Below are positions 15,001 through 30,000 of a stretch of DNA of 64,000 nucleotides, piece by piece. The notes below the pieces were generated by a model. That model saw nothing but the letters and a program-made list of their open reading frames with translations. It ran no database searches and had not been told where the DNA came from. Made by a program: the position numbers and the translations under genes. Every line of letters starts with the position of its first letter. Position 1 is the stretch's first letter. Source of the stretch: Mobula hypostoma (Eukaryota); the NCBI RefSeq assembly GCF_963921235.1, contig NC_086109.1, positions 372,001 to 436,000 on the forward strand, read 5' to 3'.

Positions 15001-18000
15001 TGCAGAAGGAGAGTGTGATGGATCTGTGTAGGGGGAGTGTGCGATGGACAGTGTAGAGGGAGTGTGTGATGGACAGTGTAGAGGGAGTGTGTGGTAGGAC
15101 AGTGTAGAGGGAGTGTGTGATGGTACAGTGTAGAGGGAGTGTGTGATGGGACAGTGTAGAGGGAGCGTGTGATGGGACAGTGTAGAGGGAGTGTGTGATG
15201 GGACAGTGTAGACGGAGTTTCACTCTGTGTCTCACCTGTGTCCTGAGAGTGTGTGATGGGACAGTGTAGAGGGAGTTTCACTCTGTGTCTGACCCGTGTC
15301 CTGGGAGTGTGTGATGTGACAGTGTAGAGGGAGTCTGTGTTGGACAGTGTAGAGGGAGTATGTGATGGGACAGTGTAGAGGGAGTGTGTGATGGGACAGT
15401 GTAGGGGGAGTGTGTGATGGGACAGTTTAGAGGGAGTGTGTGATGGACAGTGTAGAGGGAGTGTGTGATGGACAGTGCAGATATAGTGTGTGATGGGACA
15501 GTGTAGACGGAGAGTGTGATGGACAGTGTAGGAGGAATGTGTGATGGGACAGTGTAGAGGGAGTGTGTGATGGACACTGCAGAGGGAGTGTGTGATGGGA
15601 CAGTGTAGAGAGAGCGTGTGATGGGACAGTGCAGGGGGAGTGTGTGATGGGACGGTGTGGAGGGAGTGTGTGATGGGACAGTGTAGAGGGAGTTTGTGAT
15701 GGTTCTGTGTAGGGGGAGTGTGCGATGGACAGTGTAGAGGGAGTGTGTGATGGACAGTGTAGAGGGAGTGTGTGGTGGGACAGTGTAGAGGGAGTTTTAC
15801 TCTGTGCCTGACCCGTGTCCAGGGAGTGTGTGATGGGACAGCGGAGAGTGAGTTTCACTCTGCGTCTGACCCGTGTCCTGGGAGTGTCTGATGGGACAGT
15901 GCAGAGGGAGTGTCTGATGGGACAGTGTAAAGGGAGTTTCACTCTGTGTCTCACCTGTGTCCTGAGAGTGTGTGATGGGACAGTGTAGAGGGAGTTTCAC
16001 TCTGTGTCTGACCTGTGTCCTGGGAGTGCGTGATGGGACAGTGTAGAGGGAACTTCACTCTGTGTCTGACCCGTGTCCTGGGAGTGTGTGATGGGACAGT
16101 GTGGAGGGAGCTTCACTCTGTGTTTGACCTGTGTCCTGGGAGTGTGTGATGGGACAGTGTAGAGGAAGTGTGTGATGGGACAGTGTAGAGGGAATGTGCG
16201 ATGGGACAGTGCAGAGGGAGTGTGTGTTTGACAGTGTAGAGGGAGTGTGTGATGGGACAGTGTAGAGGGAGATTTACTCTGTGTCTGACCCGTGTCCTGG
16301 GAGTGTGTGATGGGACAGTGGAGAGGGAGTTTGTGCTGGGACAGTGCAGAGGGAGTTTGTGATGGGACAGTGTACAGGGAATGTGTGATGGCCAGTGTAG
16401 CGGGAGTGTGTGGTAGGACAGTGTAGAGGGAGTGTGTGATGGTACAGTGTAGAGGGAGTGTGTGATGGGACAGTGCAGAGGGAGTTTCACTCTGTGTCTG
16501 ACCCGTGTCCTGGGAGTGTGTGATGGGACAATGTAGAGGGAGCGTGTGATGGGACCGTGTAGAGGGAGTGTGTGGTAGGACAGTGTAGAGGGAGTGTGTG
16601 ATGGTACAGTGTGGAGGGAGTGTGTGATGGGACGGTGTAGAGGGAGTGTGTGATGGGACAGGTAGAGGGAGTGTGTGATGGATCTGTGTAGGGGGAGTGT
16701 GCGATGGACAGTGCAGAGGGAGTGTGTGATGGGACAGTGTAGAGGGAGTGTGTGATGGACAGTGTAGAGGGAGTGTGTGGTAGGACAGTGTAGAGGGAGT
16801 GTGTGATGGTACAGTGTAGAGGGAGTGTGTGATGGGACAGTGCAGAGGGAGTTTCACTCTGTGTCTGACCCGTGTCCTGGGAGTGTGTGATGGGACAGTG
16901 TAGAGGGAGTGTGTGATGGGACAGTGTAGAGGGAGTTTCACTCTGTGTCTGACCCGTGTCCTGGGAGTGTGTGATGGGACAATGTAGAGGGAGCGTGTGA
17001 TGGGACCGTGTAGAGGGAGTGTGTGGTAGGACAGTGTAGAGGGAGTGTGTGATGGTACAGTGTAGAGGGAGTGTGTGATGGGACAGTATAGAGGGAGTTC
17101 ACTCTGTGTCTGACCCGTGTCCTGGGAGTGTGTGATGGGACAGTGTAGAGGGAGTGTGTGATGGGACAGTGTAGAGGGAGTTTCACTCTGTGTCTCACCT
17201 GTGTCCTGAGAGTGTGTGATGGGACAGTGTAGAGGAAGTTTCACTCTGTGTCTGACCTGAGTCCTGGGACTGTGTGATGGGACAGTGGAGAGTGAGTTTG
17301 TGATGGGACAGTGTAGGGGGTGTGCGTAATGGGATAGTTTAGAGGGAGTGTGTGATGGGACAGTGTAGAGGGAACTTCACTCTGTGTCTGACCCGTGTCC
17401 TGGGAGTGTGTGATGGGACAGTGTAGAGGGAGTGTGTGTTGGACAGTGTAGAGGGAGTATGTGATGGTACAGTGTAGAGGGAGTGTGTGATGGGACAGTG
17501 TAGGGGGAGTGTGTGATGGGATAGTTTAGAGGGAGTGTGTGATGGGACAGGGTAGAGGGAACTTCACTCTGTGTCTGACCCGTGTCCTGGGAGTGTGTGA
17601 TGGGATAGTGCAGAGGGAGCTTCAATCTGTGTTTGACCCGTGTCCTGGGAGTGTGTGATGGGACAGTGCAGGGGCAGTGTGTGATGGACAGTGTAGAGGG
17701 AGTTTGTGATGGACAGTGTAGATATAGTGTGTGATGGGACAGTGCAGAAGGAGAGTGTGATGGATCTGTGTAGGGGGAGTGTGTGATGGACAGTGTAGAG
17801 GGAGTGTGTGATGGACAGTGTAGAGGGAGTGTGTGGTAGGACAGTGTAGAGGGAGTGTGTGATGGTACAGTGTAGAGGGAGTGTGTGATGGGACAGTGTT
17901 GAGGGAGCGTGTGATGGGACAGTGTAGAGCGAGTGTGTGATGGGACAGTGCAGACGGAGTTTCACTCTGTGTCTCACCTGTGTCCTGAGAGTGTGTGATG

Positions 18001-21000
18001 GGACAGTGTAGAGGGAGTTTCACTCTGTGTCTGAACTGTGTCCTGGGAGTGTATGATGGGACAGTGGAGAGTGAGATTGTGATGGGACAGTGTAGGGGGT
18101 GTGTGTAATGGGATAGTTTAGAGGGAGTGTGTGATGGGATAGTGTAGAGGGAGTTTCACTCTGTGTCTGACCCGTGTCCTGGGAGTGTGTGATGTGACAG
18201 TGTAGACGGAGAGTGTGATGGACAGTGTAGGAGGAATGTGTGATGGGACAGTGTAGAGGGAGTGTGTGATGGACACTGCAGAGGGAGTGTGTGATGGGAC
18301 AGTGTAGAGAGAGCGTGTGATGGGACAGTGCAGGGGGAGTGTGTGATGGGACGGTGTGGAGGGAGTGTGTGATGGGACAGTGTAGAGGGAGTTTGTGATG
18401 GTTCTGTGTAGGGGGAGTGTGCGATGGACAGTGTAGAGGGAGTGTGTGATGGACAGTGTAGAGGGAGTGTGTGGTGGGACAGTGTAGAGGGAGTTTTACT
18501 CTGTGCCTGACCCGTGTCCAGGGAGTGTGTGATGGGACAGCGTAGAGTGAGTTTCACTCTGCGTCTGACCCGTGTCCTGGGAGTGTCTGATGGGACAGTG
18601 CAGAGGGAGTGTCTGATGGGACAGTGTAAAGGGAGTTTCACTCTGTGTCTCACCTGTGTCCTGAGAGTGTGTGATGGGACAGTGTAGAGGGAGTTTCACT
18701 CTGTGTCTGACCTGTGTCCTGGGAGTGCGTGATGGGACAGTGTAGAGGGAACTTCACTCTGTGTCTGACCCGTGTCCTGGGAGTGTGTGATGGGACAGTG
18801 TGGAGGGAGCTTCACTCTGTGTTTGACCTGTGTCCTGGGAGTGTGTGATGAGACAGCGTAGAGGGAGCTTCACTCTGTGTCTGACCCGTGTCCTGGGAGT
18901 GTGTGATGGGACAGTGTAGAGGAAGTGTGTGATGGGACAGTGTAGAGGGACTGTGCGATGGGACAGTGCAGAGGGAGTGTGTGTTTGACAGTGTAGAGGG
19001 AGTGTGTGATGGGACAGTGTAGAGGGAGATTTACTCTGTGTCTGACCCGTGTCCTGGGAGTGTGTTATGGGACAGTGGAGAGGGAGTTTGTGCTGGGACA
19101 GTGCAGAGGGAGTTTGTGATGGGACAGTGTACAGGGAATGTGTGATGGCCAGTGTAGCGGGAGTGTGTGGTAGGACAGTGTAGAGGGAGTGTGTGATGGT
19201 ACAGTGTAGAGGGAGTGTGTGATGGGACAGTGCAGAGGGAGTTTCACTCTGTGTCTGACCCGTGTCCTGGGAGTGTGTGATGGGACAATGTAGAGGGAGC
19301 GTGTGATGGGACCGTGTAGAGGGAGTGTGTGGTAGGACAGTGTAGAGGGAGTGTGTGATGGTACAGTGTAGAGGGAGTGTGTGATGGGACGGTGTAGAGG
19401 GAGTGTGTGATGGGACAGGTAGAGGGAGTGTGTGATGGATCTGTGTAGGGGGAGTGTGCGATGGACAGTGCAGAGGGAGTGTGTGATGGGACAGTGTAGA
19501 GGGAGTGTGTGATGGACAGTGTAGAGGGAGTGTGTGGTAGGACAGTGTAGAGGGAGTGTGTGATGGTACAGTGTAGAGGGAGTGTGTGATGGGACAGTGC
19601 AGAGGGAGTTTCACTCTGTGTCTGACCCGTGTCCTGGGAGTGTGTGATGGGACAGTGTAGAGGGAGTGTGTGATGGGTCAGTGTAGAGGGAGTTTCACTC
19701 TGTGTCTGACCCGTGTCCTGGGAGTGTGTGATGGGACAATGTAGAGGGAGCGTGTGATGGGACCGTGTAGAGGGAGTGTGTGGTAGGACAGTGTAGAGGG
19801 AGTGTGTGATGGTACAGTGTAGAGGGAGTGTGTGATGGGACAGTATAGAGGGAGTTTCACTCTGTGTCTGACCCGTGTCCTGGGAGTGTGTGATGGGACA
19901 GTTTAGAGGGAGCATGTGAAGGGACAGTGTAGAGGGAGTGTGTGATGGGACAGTGTAGAGGGAGTTTCACTCTGTGTCTCACCTGTGTCCTGAGAGTGTG
20001 TGATGGGACAGTGTAGAGGAAGTTTCACTCTGTGTCTGACCTGAGTCCTGGGACTGTGTGATGGGACAGTGGAGAGTGAGTTTGTGATGGGACAGTGTAG
20101 GGGGTGTGCGTAATGGGATAGTTTAGAGGGAGTGTGTGATGGGACAGTGTAGAGGGAACTTCACTCTGTGTCTGACCCGTGTCCTGGGAGTGTGTGATGG
20201 GACAGTGTAGAGGGAGTGTGTGTTGGACAGTGTAGAGGGAGTATGTGATGGTACAGTGTAGAGGGAGTGTGTGATGGGACAGTGTAGGGGGAGTGTGTGA
20301 TGGGATAGTTTAGAGGGAGTGTGTGATGGGACAGGGTAGAGGGAACTTCACTCTGTGTCTGACCCGTGTCCTGGGAGTGTGTGATGGGATAGTGCAGAGG
20401 GAGCTTCAATCTGTGTTTGACCCGTGTCCTGGGAGTGTGTGATGAGACAGTGCAGGGGCAGTGTGTGATGGACAGTGTAGAGGGAGTTTGTGATGGACAG
20501 TGTAGATATAGTGTGTGATGGGACAGTGCAGAAGGAGAGTGTGATGGATCTGTGTAGGGGGAGTGTGCGATGGACAGTGTAGAGGGAGTGTGTGATGGAC
20601 AGTGTAGAGGGAGTGTGTGGTAGGACAGTGTAGAGGGAGTGTGTGATGGTACAGTGTAGAGGGAGTGTGTGATGGGACAGTGTAGAGGGAGCGTGTGATG
20701 GGACAGTGTAGAGGGAGTGTGTGATGGGACAGTGTAGACGGAGTTTCACTCTGTGTCTCACCTGTGTCCTGAGAGTGTGTGATGGGACAGTGTAGAGGGA
20801 GTTTCACTCTGTGTCTGACCCGTGTCCTGGGAGTGTGTGATGTGACAGTGTAGAGGGAGTCTGTGTTGGACAGTGTAGAGGGAGTATGTGATGGGACAGT
20901 GTAGAGGGAGTGTGTGATGGGACAGTGTAGGGGGAGTGTGTGATGGGACAGTTTAGAGGGAGTGTGTGATGGACAGTGTAGAGGGAGTGTGTGATGGACA

Positions 21001-24000
21001 GTGCAGATATAGTGTGTGATGGGACAGTGTAGACGGAGAGTGTGATGGACAGTGTAGGAGGAATGTGTGATGGGACAGTGTAGAGGGAGTGTGTGATGGA
21101 CACTGCAGAGGGAGTGTGTGATGGGACAGTGTAGAGAGAGCGTGTGATGGGACAGTGCAGGGGGAGTTTGTGATGGGACGGTGTGGAGGGAGTGTGTGAT
21201 GGGACAGTGTAGAGGGAGTTTGTGATGGTTCTGTGTAGGGGGAGTGTGCGATGGACAGTGTAGAGGGAGTGTGTGATGGACAGTGTAGAGGGAGTGTGTG
21301 GTGGGACAGTGTAGAGGGAGTTTTACTCTGTGCCTGACCCGTGTCCAGGGAGTGTGTGATGGGACAGCGGAGAGTGAGTTTCACTCTGCGTCTGACCCGT
21401 GTCCTGGGAGTGTCTGATGGGACAGTGCAGAGGGAGTGTCTTATGGGACAGTGTAAAGGGAGTTTCACTCTGTGTCTCACCTGTGTCCTGAGAGTGTGTG
21501 ATGGGACAGTGTAGAGGGAGTTTCACTCTGTGTCTGACCTGTGTCCTGGGAGTGCGTGATGGGACAGTGTAGAGGGAACTTCACTCTGTGTCTGACCCGT
21601 GTCCTGGGAGTGTGTGATGGGACAGTGTGGAGGGAGCTTCACTCTGTGTTTGACCTGTGTCCTGGGAGTGTGTGATGGGACAGTGTAGAGGAAGTGTGTG
21701 ATGGGACAGTGTAGAGGGAATGTGCGATGGGACAGTGCAGAGGGAGTGTGTGTTTGACAGTGTAGAGGGAGTGTGTGATGGGACAGTGTAGAGGGAGATT
21801 TACTCTGTGTCTGACCCGTGTCCTGGGAGTGTGTGATGGGACAGTGGAGAGGGAGTTTGTGCTGGGACAGTGCAGAGGGAGTTTGTGATGGGACAGTGTA
21901 CAGGGAATGTGTGATGGCCAGTGTAGCGGGAGTGTGTGGTAGGACAGTGTAGAGGGAGTGTGTGATGGTACAGTGTAGAGGGAGTGTGTGATGGGACAGT
22001 GCAGAGGGAGTTTCACTCTGTGTCTGACCCGTGTCCTGGGAGTGTGTGATGGGACAATGTAGAGGGAGCGTGTGATGGGACCGTGTAGAGGGAGTGTGTG
22101 GTAGGACAGTGTAGAGGGAGTGTGTGATGGTACAGTGTGGAGGGAGTGTGTGATGGGACGGTGTAGAGGGAGTGTGTGATGGGACAGGTAGAGGGAGTGT
22201 GTGATGGATCTGTGTAGGGGGAGTGTGCGATGGACAGTGCAGAGGGAGTGTGTGATGGGACAGTGTAGAGGGAGTGTGTGATGGACAGTGTAGAGGGAGT
22301 GTGTGGTAGGACAGTGTAGAGGGAGTGTGTGATGGTACAGTGTAGAGGGAGTGTGTGATGGGACAGTGCAGAGGGAGTTTCACTCTGTGTCTGACCCGTG
22401 TCCTGGGAGTGTGTGATGGGACAGTGTAGAGGGAGTGTGTGATGGGACAGTGTAGAGGGAGTTTCACTCTGTGTCTGACCCGTGTCCTGGGAGTGTGTGA
22501 TGGGACAATGTAGAGGGAGCGTGTGATGGGACCGTGTAGAGGGAGTGTGTGGTAGGACAGTGTAGAGGGAGTGTGTGATGGTACAGTGTAGAGGGAGTGT
22601 GTGATGGGACAGTATAGAGGGAGTTCACTCTGTGTCTGACCCGTGTCCTGGGAGTGTGTGATGGGACAGTGTAGAGGGAGTGTGTGATGGGACAGTGTAG
22701 AGGGAGTTTCACTCTGTGTCTCACCTGTGTCCTGAGAGTGTGTGATGGGACAGTGTAGAGGAAGTTTCACTCTGTGTCTGACCTGAGTCCTGGGACTGTG
22801 TGATGGGACAGTGGAGAGTGAGTTTGTGATGGGACAGTGTAGGGGGTGTGCGTAATGGGATAGTTTAGAGGGAGTGTGTGATGGGACAGTGTAGAGGGAA
22901 CTTCACTCTGTGTCTGACCCGTGTCCTGGGAGTGTGTGATGGGACAGTGTAGAGGGAGTGTGTGTTGGACAGTGTAGAGGGAGTATGTGATGGTACAGTG
23001 TAGAGGGAGTGTGTGATGGGACAGTGTAGGGGGAGTGTGTGATGGGATAGTTTAGAGGGAGTGTGTGATGGGACAGGGTAGAGGGAACTTCACTCTGTGT
23101 CTGACCCGTGTCCTGGGAGTGTGTGATGGGATAGTGCAGAGGGAGCTTCAATCTGTGTTTGACCCGTGTCCTGGGAGTGTGTGATGGGACAGTGCAGGGG
23201 CAGTGTGTGATGGACAGTGTAGAGGGAGTTTGTGATGGACAGTGTAGATATAGTGTGTGATGGGACAGTGCAGAAGGAGAGTGTGATGGATCTGTGTAGG
23301 GGGAGTGTGTGATGGACAGTGTAGAGGGAGTGTGTGATGGACAGTGTAGAGGGAGTGTGTGGTAGGACAGTGTAGAGGGAGTGTGTGATGGTACAGTGTA
23401 GAGGGAGTGTGTGATGGGACAGTGTTGAGGGAGCGTGTGATGGGACAGTGTAGAGCGAGTGTGTGATGGGACAGTGTAGACGGAGTTTCACTCTGTGTCT
23501 CACCTGTGTCCTGAGAGTGTGTGATGGGACAGTGTAGAGGGAGTTTCACTCTGTGTCTGAACTGTGTCCTGGGAGTGTATGATGGGACAGTGGAGAGTGA
23601 GATTGTGATGGGACAGTGTAGGGGGTGTGTGTAATGGGATAGTTTAGAGGGAGTGTGTGATGGGATAGTGTAGAGGGAGTTTCACTCTGTGTCTGACCCG
23701 TGTCCTGGGAGTGTGTGATGTGACAGTGTAGACGGAGAGTGTGATGGACAGTGTAGGAGGAATGTGTGATGGGACAGTGTAGAGGGAGTGTGTGATGGAC
23801 ACTGCAGAGGGAGTGTGTGATGGGACAGTGTAGAGAGAGCGTGTGATGGGACAGTGCAGGGGGAGTGTGTGATGGGACGGTGTGGAGGGAGTGTGTGATG
23901 GGACAGTGTAGAGGGAGTTTGTGATGGTTCTGTGTAGGGGGAGTGTGCGATGGACAGTGTAGAGGGAGTGTGTGATGGACAGTGTAGAGGGAGTGTGTGG

Positions 24001-27000
24001 TGGGACAGTGTAGAGGGAGTTTTACTCTGTGCCTGACCCGTGTCCAGGGAGTGTGTGATGGGACAGCGTAGAGTGAGTTTCACTCTGCGTCTGACCCGTG
24101 TCCTGGGAGTGTCTGATGGGACAGTGCAGAGGGAGTGTCTGATGGGACAGTGTAAAGGGAGTTTCACTCTGTGTCTCACCTGTGTCCTGAGAGTGTGTGA
24201 TGGGACAGTGTAGAGGGAGTTTCACTCTGTGTCTGACCTGTGTCCTGGGAGTGCGTGATGGGACAGTGTAGAGGGAACTTCACTCTGTGTCTGACCCGTG
24301 TCCTGGGAGTGTGTGATGGGACAGTGTGGAGGGAGCTTCACTCTGTGTTTGACCTGTGTCCTGGGAGTGTGTGATGAGACAGCGTAGAGGGAGCTTCACT
24401 CTGTGTCTGACCCGTGTCCTGGGAGTGTGTGATGGGACAGTGTAGAGGAAGTGTGTGATGGGACAGTGTAGAGGGAATGTGCGATGGGACAGTGCAGAGG
24501 GAGTGTGTGTTTGACAGTGTAGAGGGAGTGTGTGATGGGACAGTGTAGAGGGAGATTTACTCTGTGTCTGACCCGTGTCCTGGGAGTGTGTTATGGGACA
24601 GTGGAGAGGGAGTTTGTGCTGGGACAGTGCAGAGGGAGTTTGTGATGGGACAGTGTACAGGGAATGTGTGATGGCCAGTGTAGCGGGAGTGTGTGGTAGG
24701 ACAGTGTAGAGGGAGTGTGTGATGGTACAGTGTAGAGGGAGTGTGTGATGGGACAGTGCAGAGGGAGTTTCACTCTGTGTCTGACCCGTGTGCTGGGAGT
24801 GTGTGATGGGACAATGTAGAGGGAGCGTGTGATGGGACCGTGTAGAGGGAGTGTGTGATGGTACAGTGTAGAGGGAGTGTGTGATGGGACGGTGTAGAGG
24901 GAGTGTGTGATGGGACAGGTAGAGGGAGTGTGTGATGGATCTGTGTAGGGGGAGTGTGCGATGGACAGTGCAGAGGGAGTGTGTGATGGGACAGTGTAGA
25001 GGGAGTGTGTGATGGACAGTGTAGAGGGAGTGTGTGGTAGGACAGTGTAGAGGGAGTGTGTGATGGTACAGTGTAGAGGGAGTGTGTGATGGGACAGTGC
25101 AGAGGGAGTTTCACTCTGTGTCTGACCCGTGTCCTGGGAGTGTGTGATGGGACAGTGTAGAGGGAGTGTGTGATGGGACAGTGTAGAGGGAGTTTCACTC
25201 TGTGTCTGACCCGTGTCCTGGGAGTGTGTGATGGGACAATGTAGAGGGAGCGTGTGATGGGACCGTGTAGAGGGAGTGTGTGGTAGGACAGTGTAGAGGG
25301 AGTATGTGATGGTACAGTGTAGAGGGAGTGTGTGATGGGACAGTATAGAGGGAGTTTCACTCTGTGTCTGACCCGTGTCCTGGGAGTGTGTGATGGGACA
25401 GTTTAGAGGGAGCATGTGAAGGGACAGTGTAGAGGGAGTGTGTGATGGGACAGTGTAGAGGGAGTTTCACTCTGTGTCTCACCTGTGTCCTGAGAGTGTG
25501 TGATGGGACAGTGGAGAGTGAGTTTGTGATGGGACAGTGTAGGGGGTGTGCGTAATGGGATAGTTTAGAGGGAGTGTGTGATGGGACAGTGTAGAGGGAA
25601 CTTCACTCTGTGTCTGACCCGTGTCCTGGGAGTGTGTGATGGGACAGTGTAGAGGGAGTGTGTGTTGGACAGTGTAGAGGGAGTATGTGATGGTACAGTG
25701 TAGAGGGAGTGTGTGATGGGACAGTGTAGGGGGAGTGTGTGATGGGATAGTTTAGAGGGAGTGTGTGATGGGACAGGGTAGAGGGAACTTCACTCTGTGT
25801 CTGACCCGTGTCCTGGGAGTGTGTGATGGGATAGTGCAGAGGGAGCTTCAATCTGTGTTTGACCCGTGTCCTGGGAGTGTGTGATGGGACAGTGCAGGGG
25901 CAGTGTGTGATGGACAGTATAGAGGGAGTTTGTGATGGACAGTGTAGATATAGTGTGTGATGGGACAGTGCAGAAGGAGAGTGTGATGGATCTGTGTAGG
26001 GGGAGTGTGCGATGGACAGTGTAGAGGGAGTGTGTGATGGACAGTGTAGAGGGAGTGTGTGGTAGGACAGTGTAGAGGGAGTGTGTGATGGTACAGTGTA
26101 GAGGGAGTGTGTGATGGGACAGTGTTGAGGGAGCGTGTGATGGGACAGTGTAGAGGGAGTGTGTGATGGGACAGTGTAGACGGAGTTTCACTCTGTGTCT
26201 CACCTGTGTCCTGAGAGTGTGTGATGGGACAGTGTAGAGGGAGTTTCACTCTGTGTCTGACCTGTGTCCTGGGAGTGTATGATGGGACAGTGGAGAGTGA
26301 GATTGTGATGGGACAGTGTAGGGGGTGTGTGTAATGGGATAGTTTAGAGGGAGTGTGTGATGGGATAGTGTAGAGGGAGTTTCACTCTGTGTCTGACCCG
26401 TGTCCTGGGAGTGTGTGATGTGACAGTGTAGAGGGAGTCTGTGTTGGACAGTGTAGAGGGAGTATGTGATGGGACTGTGTAGAGGGAGTGTGTGATGGGA
26501 CAGTGTGGAGGGAGTTTCACTCTGTGTCTGACCAGTGTCCTGGGAGTGTGTGATGGGACAGTGTAGAGGGAGTTTCACTCTGTGTCTGACCCGTGTCCTG
26601 GGAGTGTGTGATGAAACAGTGTAGAGGGAGTGTGTGATGGACAGTGTAGAGGGAGTGTGTGATGGACAGTGTAGATATAGTGTGTGATGGGACAGTGTAG
26701 ACGGAGAGTGTGATGGACAGTGTAGGAGGAATGTGTGATGGGACAGTGTAGAGGGAGTGTGTGATGGACACTGCAGAGGGAGTGTGTGATGGGACAGTGT
26801 AGAGAGAGCGTGTGATGGGACAGTGCAGGGGGAGTGTGTGATGGGACGGTGTGGAGGGAGTGTGTGATGGGACAGTGTAGAGGGAGTGTGTGATGGTTCT
26901 GTGTAGGGGGAGTGTGCGATGGACAGTGTAGAGGGAGTGTCTGATGGACAGTGTAGAGGGAGTGTGTGGTGGGACAGTGTAGAGGGAGTGTGTGATGGGA

Positions 27001-30000
27001 CAGTGTAGGGGGAGAGTATGATGGAACAGTGTAGAGGGAGTTTTACTCTGTGCCTGACCCGTGTCCAGGGAGTGTGTGATGGGACAGCGTAGAGTGAGTT
27101 TCACTCCGCGTCTGACCCGTGTCCTGGGAGTGTCTGATGGGACAGTGCAGAGGGAGTGTCTGATGGGACAGTGTACAGGGAGTTTCACTCTGTGTCTCAC
27201 CTGTGTCCTGAGAGTGTGTGATGGGACAGTGTAGAGGGAGTTTCACTCTGTGTCTGACCTGTGTCCTGGGAGTGTGTGATGAAACAGTGTAGAGGGAGTG
27301 TGTGATGGGACAGTGTAGAGGGAGTGTCACTCTGTGTCTGACCTGTGTCCTGGGAGTGTGTGATGGGACAGTGGAGAGTGAGTTTGTGATGGGACAGTGT
27401 CGGGGGTGTATGTAATGGGATAGTTTAGAGGGAGTGTGTGATGGTACAGTGTAGAGGGAACTTCACTCTGTGTCTGACCCGTGTCCTGGGAGTGTGTGAT
27501 GAGACAGTGTAGAGGGAGCTTCACTCCGTATCTGAACCGTGTCCTGGGAGTATGTGATGGGACAGTGTAGAGGGAGCTTCACTCTGTGTCTGACCCGTGT
27601 CCTGGGAGTGTGTGATGGACAGTGTAGAGGGAGTGTGTGATGGTACAGTGTAGAGGGAGTGTGCGATGGTACAGTGTAGAGGGAATGTGTGATGGGACAG
27701 TGTAGAGGGAGTGTGTGATGGGACAGTGTTGAGGGAGTTTCACTCACCGTCTGACCCCTGTCCTGGGAGTGTGTGATGGGACAGTGTAGAGGGAGTGTGT
27801 GATGGACAGTGTAGAGGGAGTGTGTGGTGGGACAGTGTAGAGGGAGTGTGTGATGGACAGTGTAGAGGGTGTGTGTGGTGGGACAGTGTAGAGGGAGTGT
27901 GTGATGGGACAGTGCAGAGGGAGTGTGTGATGGGACAGTGTAGAGGGAGTGTATGATGATACACTGTAGAGGGAGTGTGTGATGGGACAGTGTAGTTGGA
28001 GTGTATGATGGGACAGTGTAGCGGGAGTGTGTGATGGGACAGTGTAGGGGTAGTGTGTGATGGGATGGTGTCGAGAGAGTGTGTGATCGGCAGTGTAGGG
28101 GAGTGTGTGATGGGACAGTGTGGAGGGAGTGTGTGATGGGACAGTGTAGGGGTAGTGTGTAGGGATGGTGTCGAGAGAGTGTGTGATCGGCAGTGTAGGG
28201 GAGTGTGTGATGGGACAGTGTGGAGGGAGTGTGTGATGGGACAGTGTAGAGTGAGTGTGTGATGAACAATGTAGAGGGAGTGTGTGATGGGATGCTATAG
28301 AGGAAGTGTGTGATGGGACAGTGTACAGGGAGTGTGTACTGGACAGTGCAAAGGGAATGTGCGATGGGACAGTGTAGAGGGAGTGTGTGTTGGACAGTGT
28401 AGAGGGAGTATGTGATGGTACAGTGTAGAGGGAGTGTGTGATGGGACAGTGTAGGGGGAGTGTGTGATGGGATAGTTTAGAGCGAGTGTGTGATGGGACA
28501 GGGTAGAGGGAACTTCACTCTGTGTCTGACCCGGGTCCTGGGAGTGTGTGATGGGATAGTGCAGAGGGAGCTTCACTCTGTGTCTGACCCGTGTCCTGGG
28601 AGTGTGTGATGGGACAGTGTAGAGGGAGCTTCCCTCTGTATCTGACCCGTGTCCTGGGAGTGTGTGATGGGACAGTGTTGAGGGAGCTTCACTCCGTGTC
28701 TGACCCGTGTCCTGGGAGTATGTGATGGGACAGTGTAGAGGGAGTTTCACTCTGTGTCTGACCCGTGTCCTGGGAGTGTGTGACGGGACAGTGTAGAGGC
28801 AGATTCACTCTGTGTCTGATCAGTGTCCTGGGAGTGTGCGATCGGACAGTGTGGAGGGAGTTTCACTCTGTGTCTGACCAGTGTCCTGGGAGTGTGTGGT
28901 GGGACAGTGTAGAGGGAGTTTCACTCAGTGCGTGACCCGTGTTCTGGGAGTGTGTGATGGAACAGTGTAGAGGGAGTGTGTGATGGACAGTGTAGAGGGA
29001 GTGTGTGATGGACAGTGTAGATATAGTGTGTGATGGGACAGTGTAGAGGGAGCGTGTGATGAGACAGTGTAGAGGGAGTGTGTGATGGGACAGTGTAGAG
29101 GGAGTTTCACTCTGTGTCTCACCTGTGTCCTGAGAGTGTGTGATGGGACAGTGTAGAGGGAGTGCGTGATTGACAGCGTAGAGGGAGTGGGTGATGGGAC
29201 AGTGTAGAGGGAGTTTCACTCTGTGTCTGACCCATGTCCTGGGAGTGTGTGATGGGACAGTGTAGAGGGAGTCTGTGTTGGACAGTGTAGAGGGAGTATG
29301 TGATGGGACAGTGTAGAGGGAGTGTGTGATGGGACAGTGTAGGGGGAGTGTGTGATGGGATAGCTTAGAGGGAGTGTGTGATGGGACAGGGTAGAGGGAA
29401 CTTCACTCTGTGTCTGACCCGTGTCCTGGGAGTGTGTGATGGGATAGTGTAGAGGGAGCTTCAATCTGTGTTTGACCCGTGTCCTGGGAGTGTGTGATGG
29501 GACAGTGCAGGGGGACTGTGTGATGGGATAGTTTAGAGGGAGTGTGTGATGGCACAGTGTAGAGGGAGCTTCACTCTGTGTCTGACCCGTGTCCTGGGAA
29601 TGTGTGATGGGACAGTGTAGAGGGAGCTTCACTCCGTGTCTGACCCGTATCCTGGGAGTGTGTGATGGGACAGTGTAGAGGGAGTGTGTGATGGTACAGT
29701 TTAGAGGGAGTGTGTTATGGTACAGTGTAGAGGGAGTGTGTGAATGACAGCGTAGAGGGAGTGGGTGATGGGACAGTGTAGAGGGAGTTTCACTCTGTCT
29801 CTGACCCGTGTCCTGGGAGTGTGTGATGGGACAGTGCAGGGGGAGTGTGTGATGGGATAGTTTAGAGGGAGTGTGTGATGGGACAGGGTAGAGGGAACTT
29901 CACTCTGTGTCTGACCCGTGTCCTGGGAATGTGTGATGGGACAGTGTAGAGGGAGCTTCACTCTGTATCTGACCCGTGTCCAGGGAGTGTGTGATGGGAC

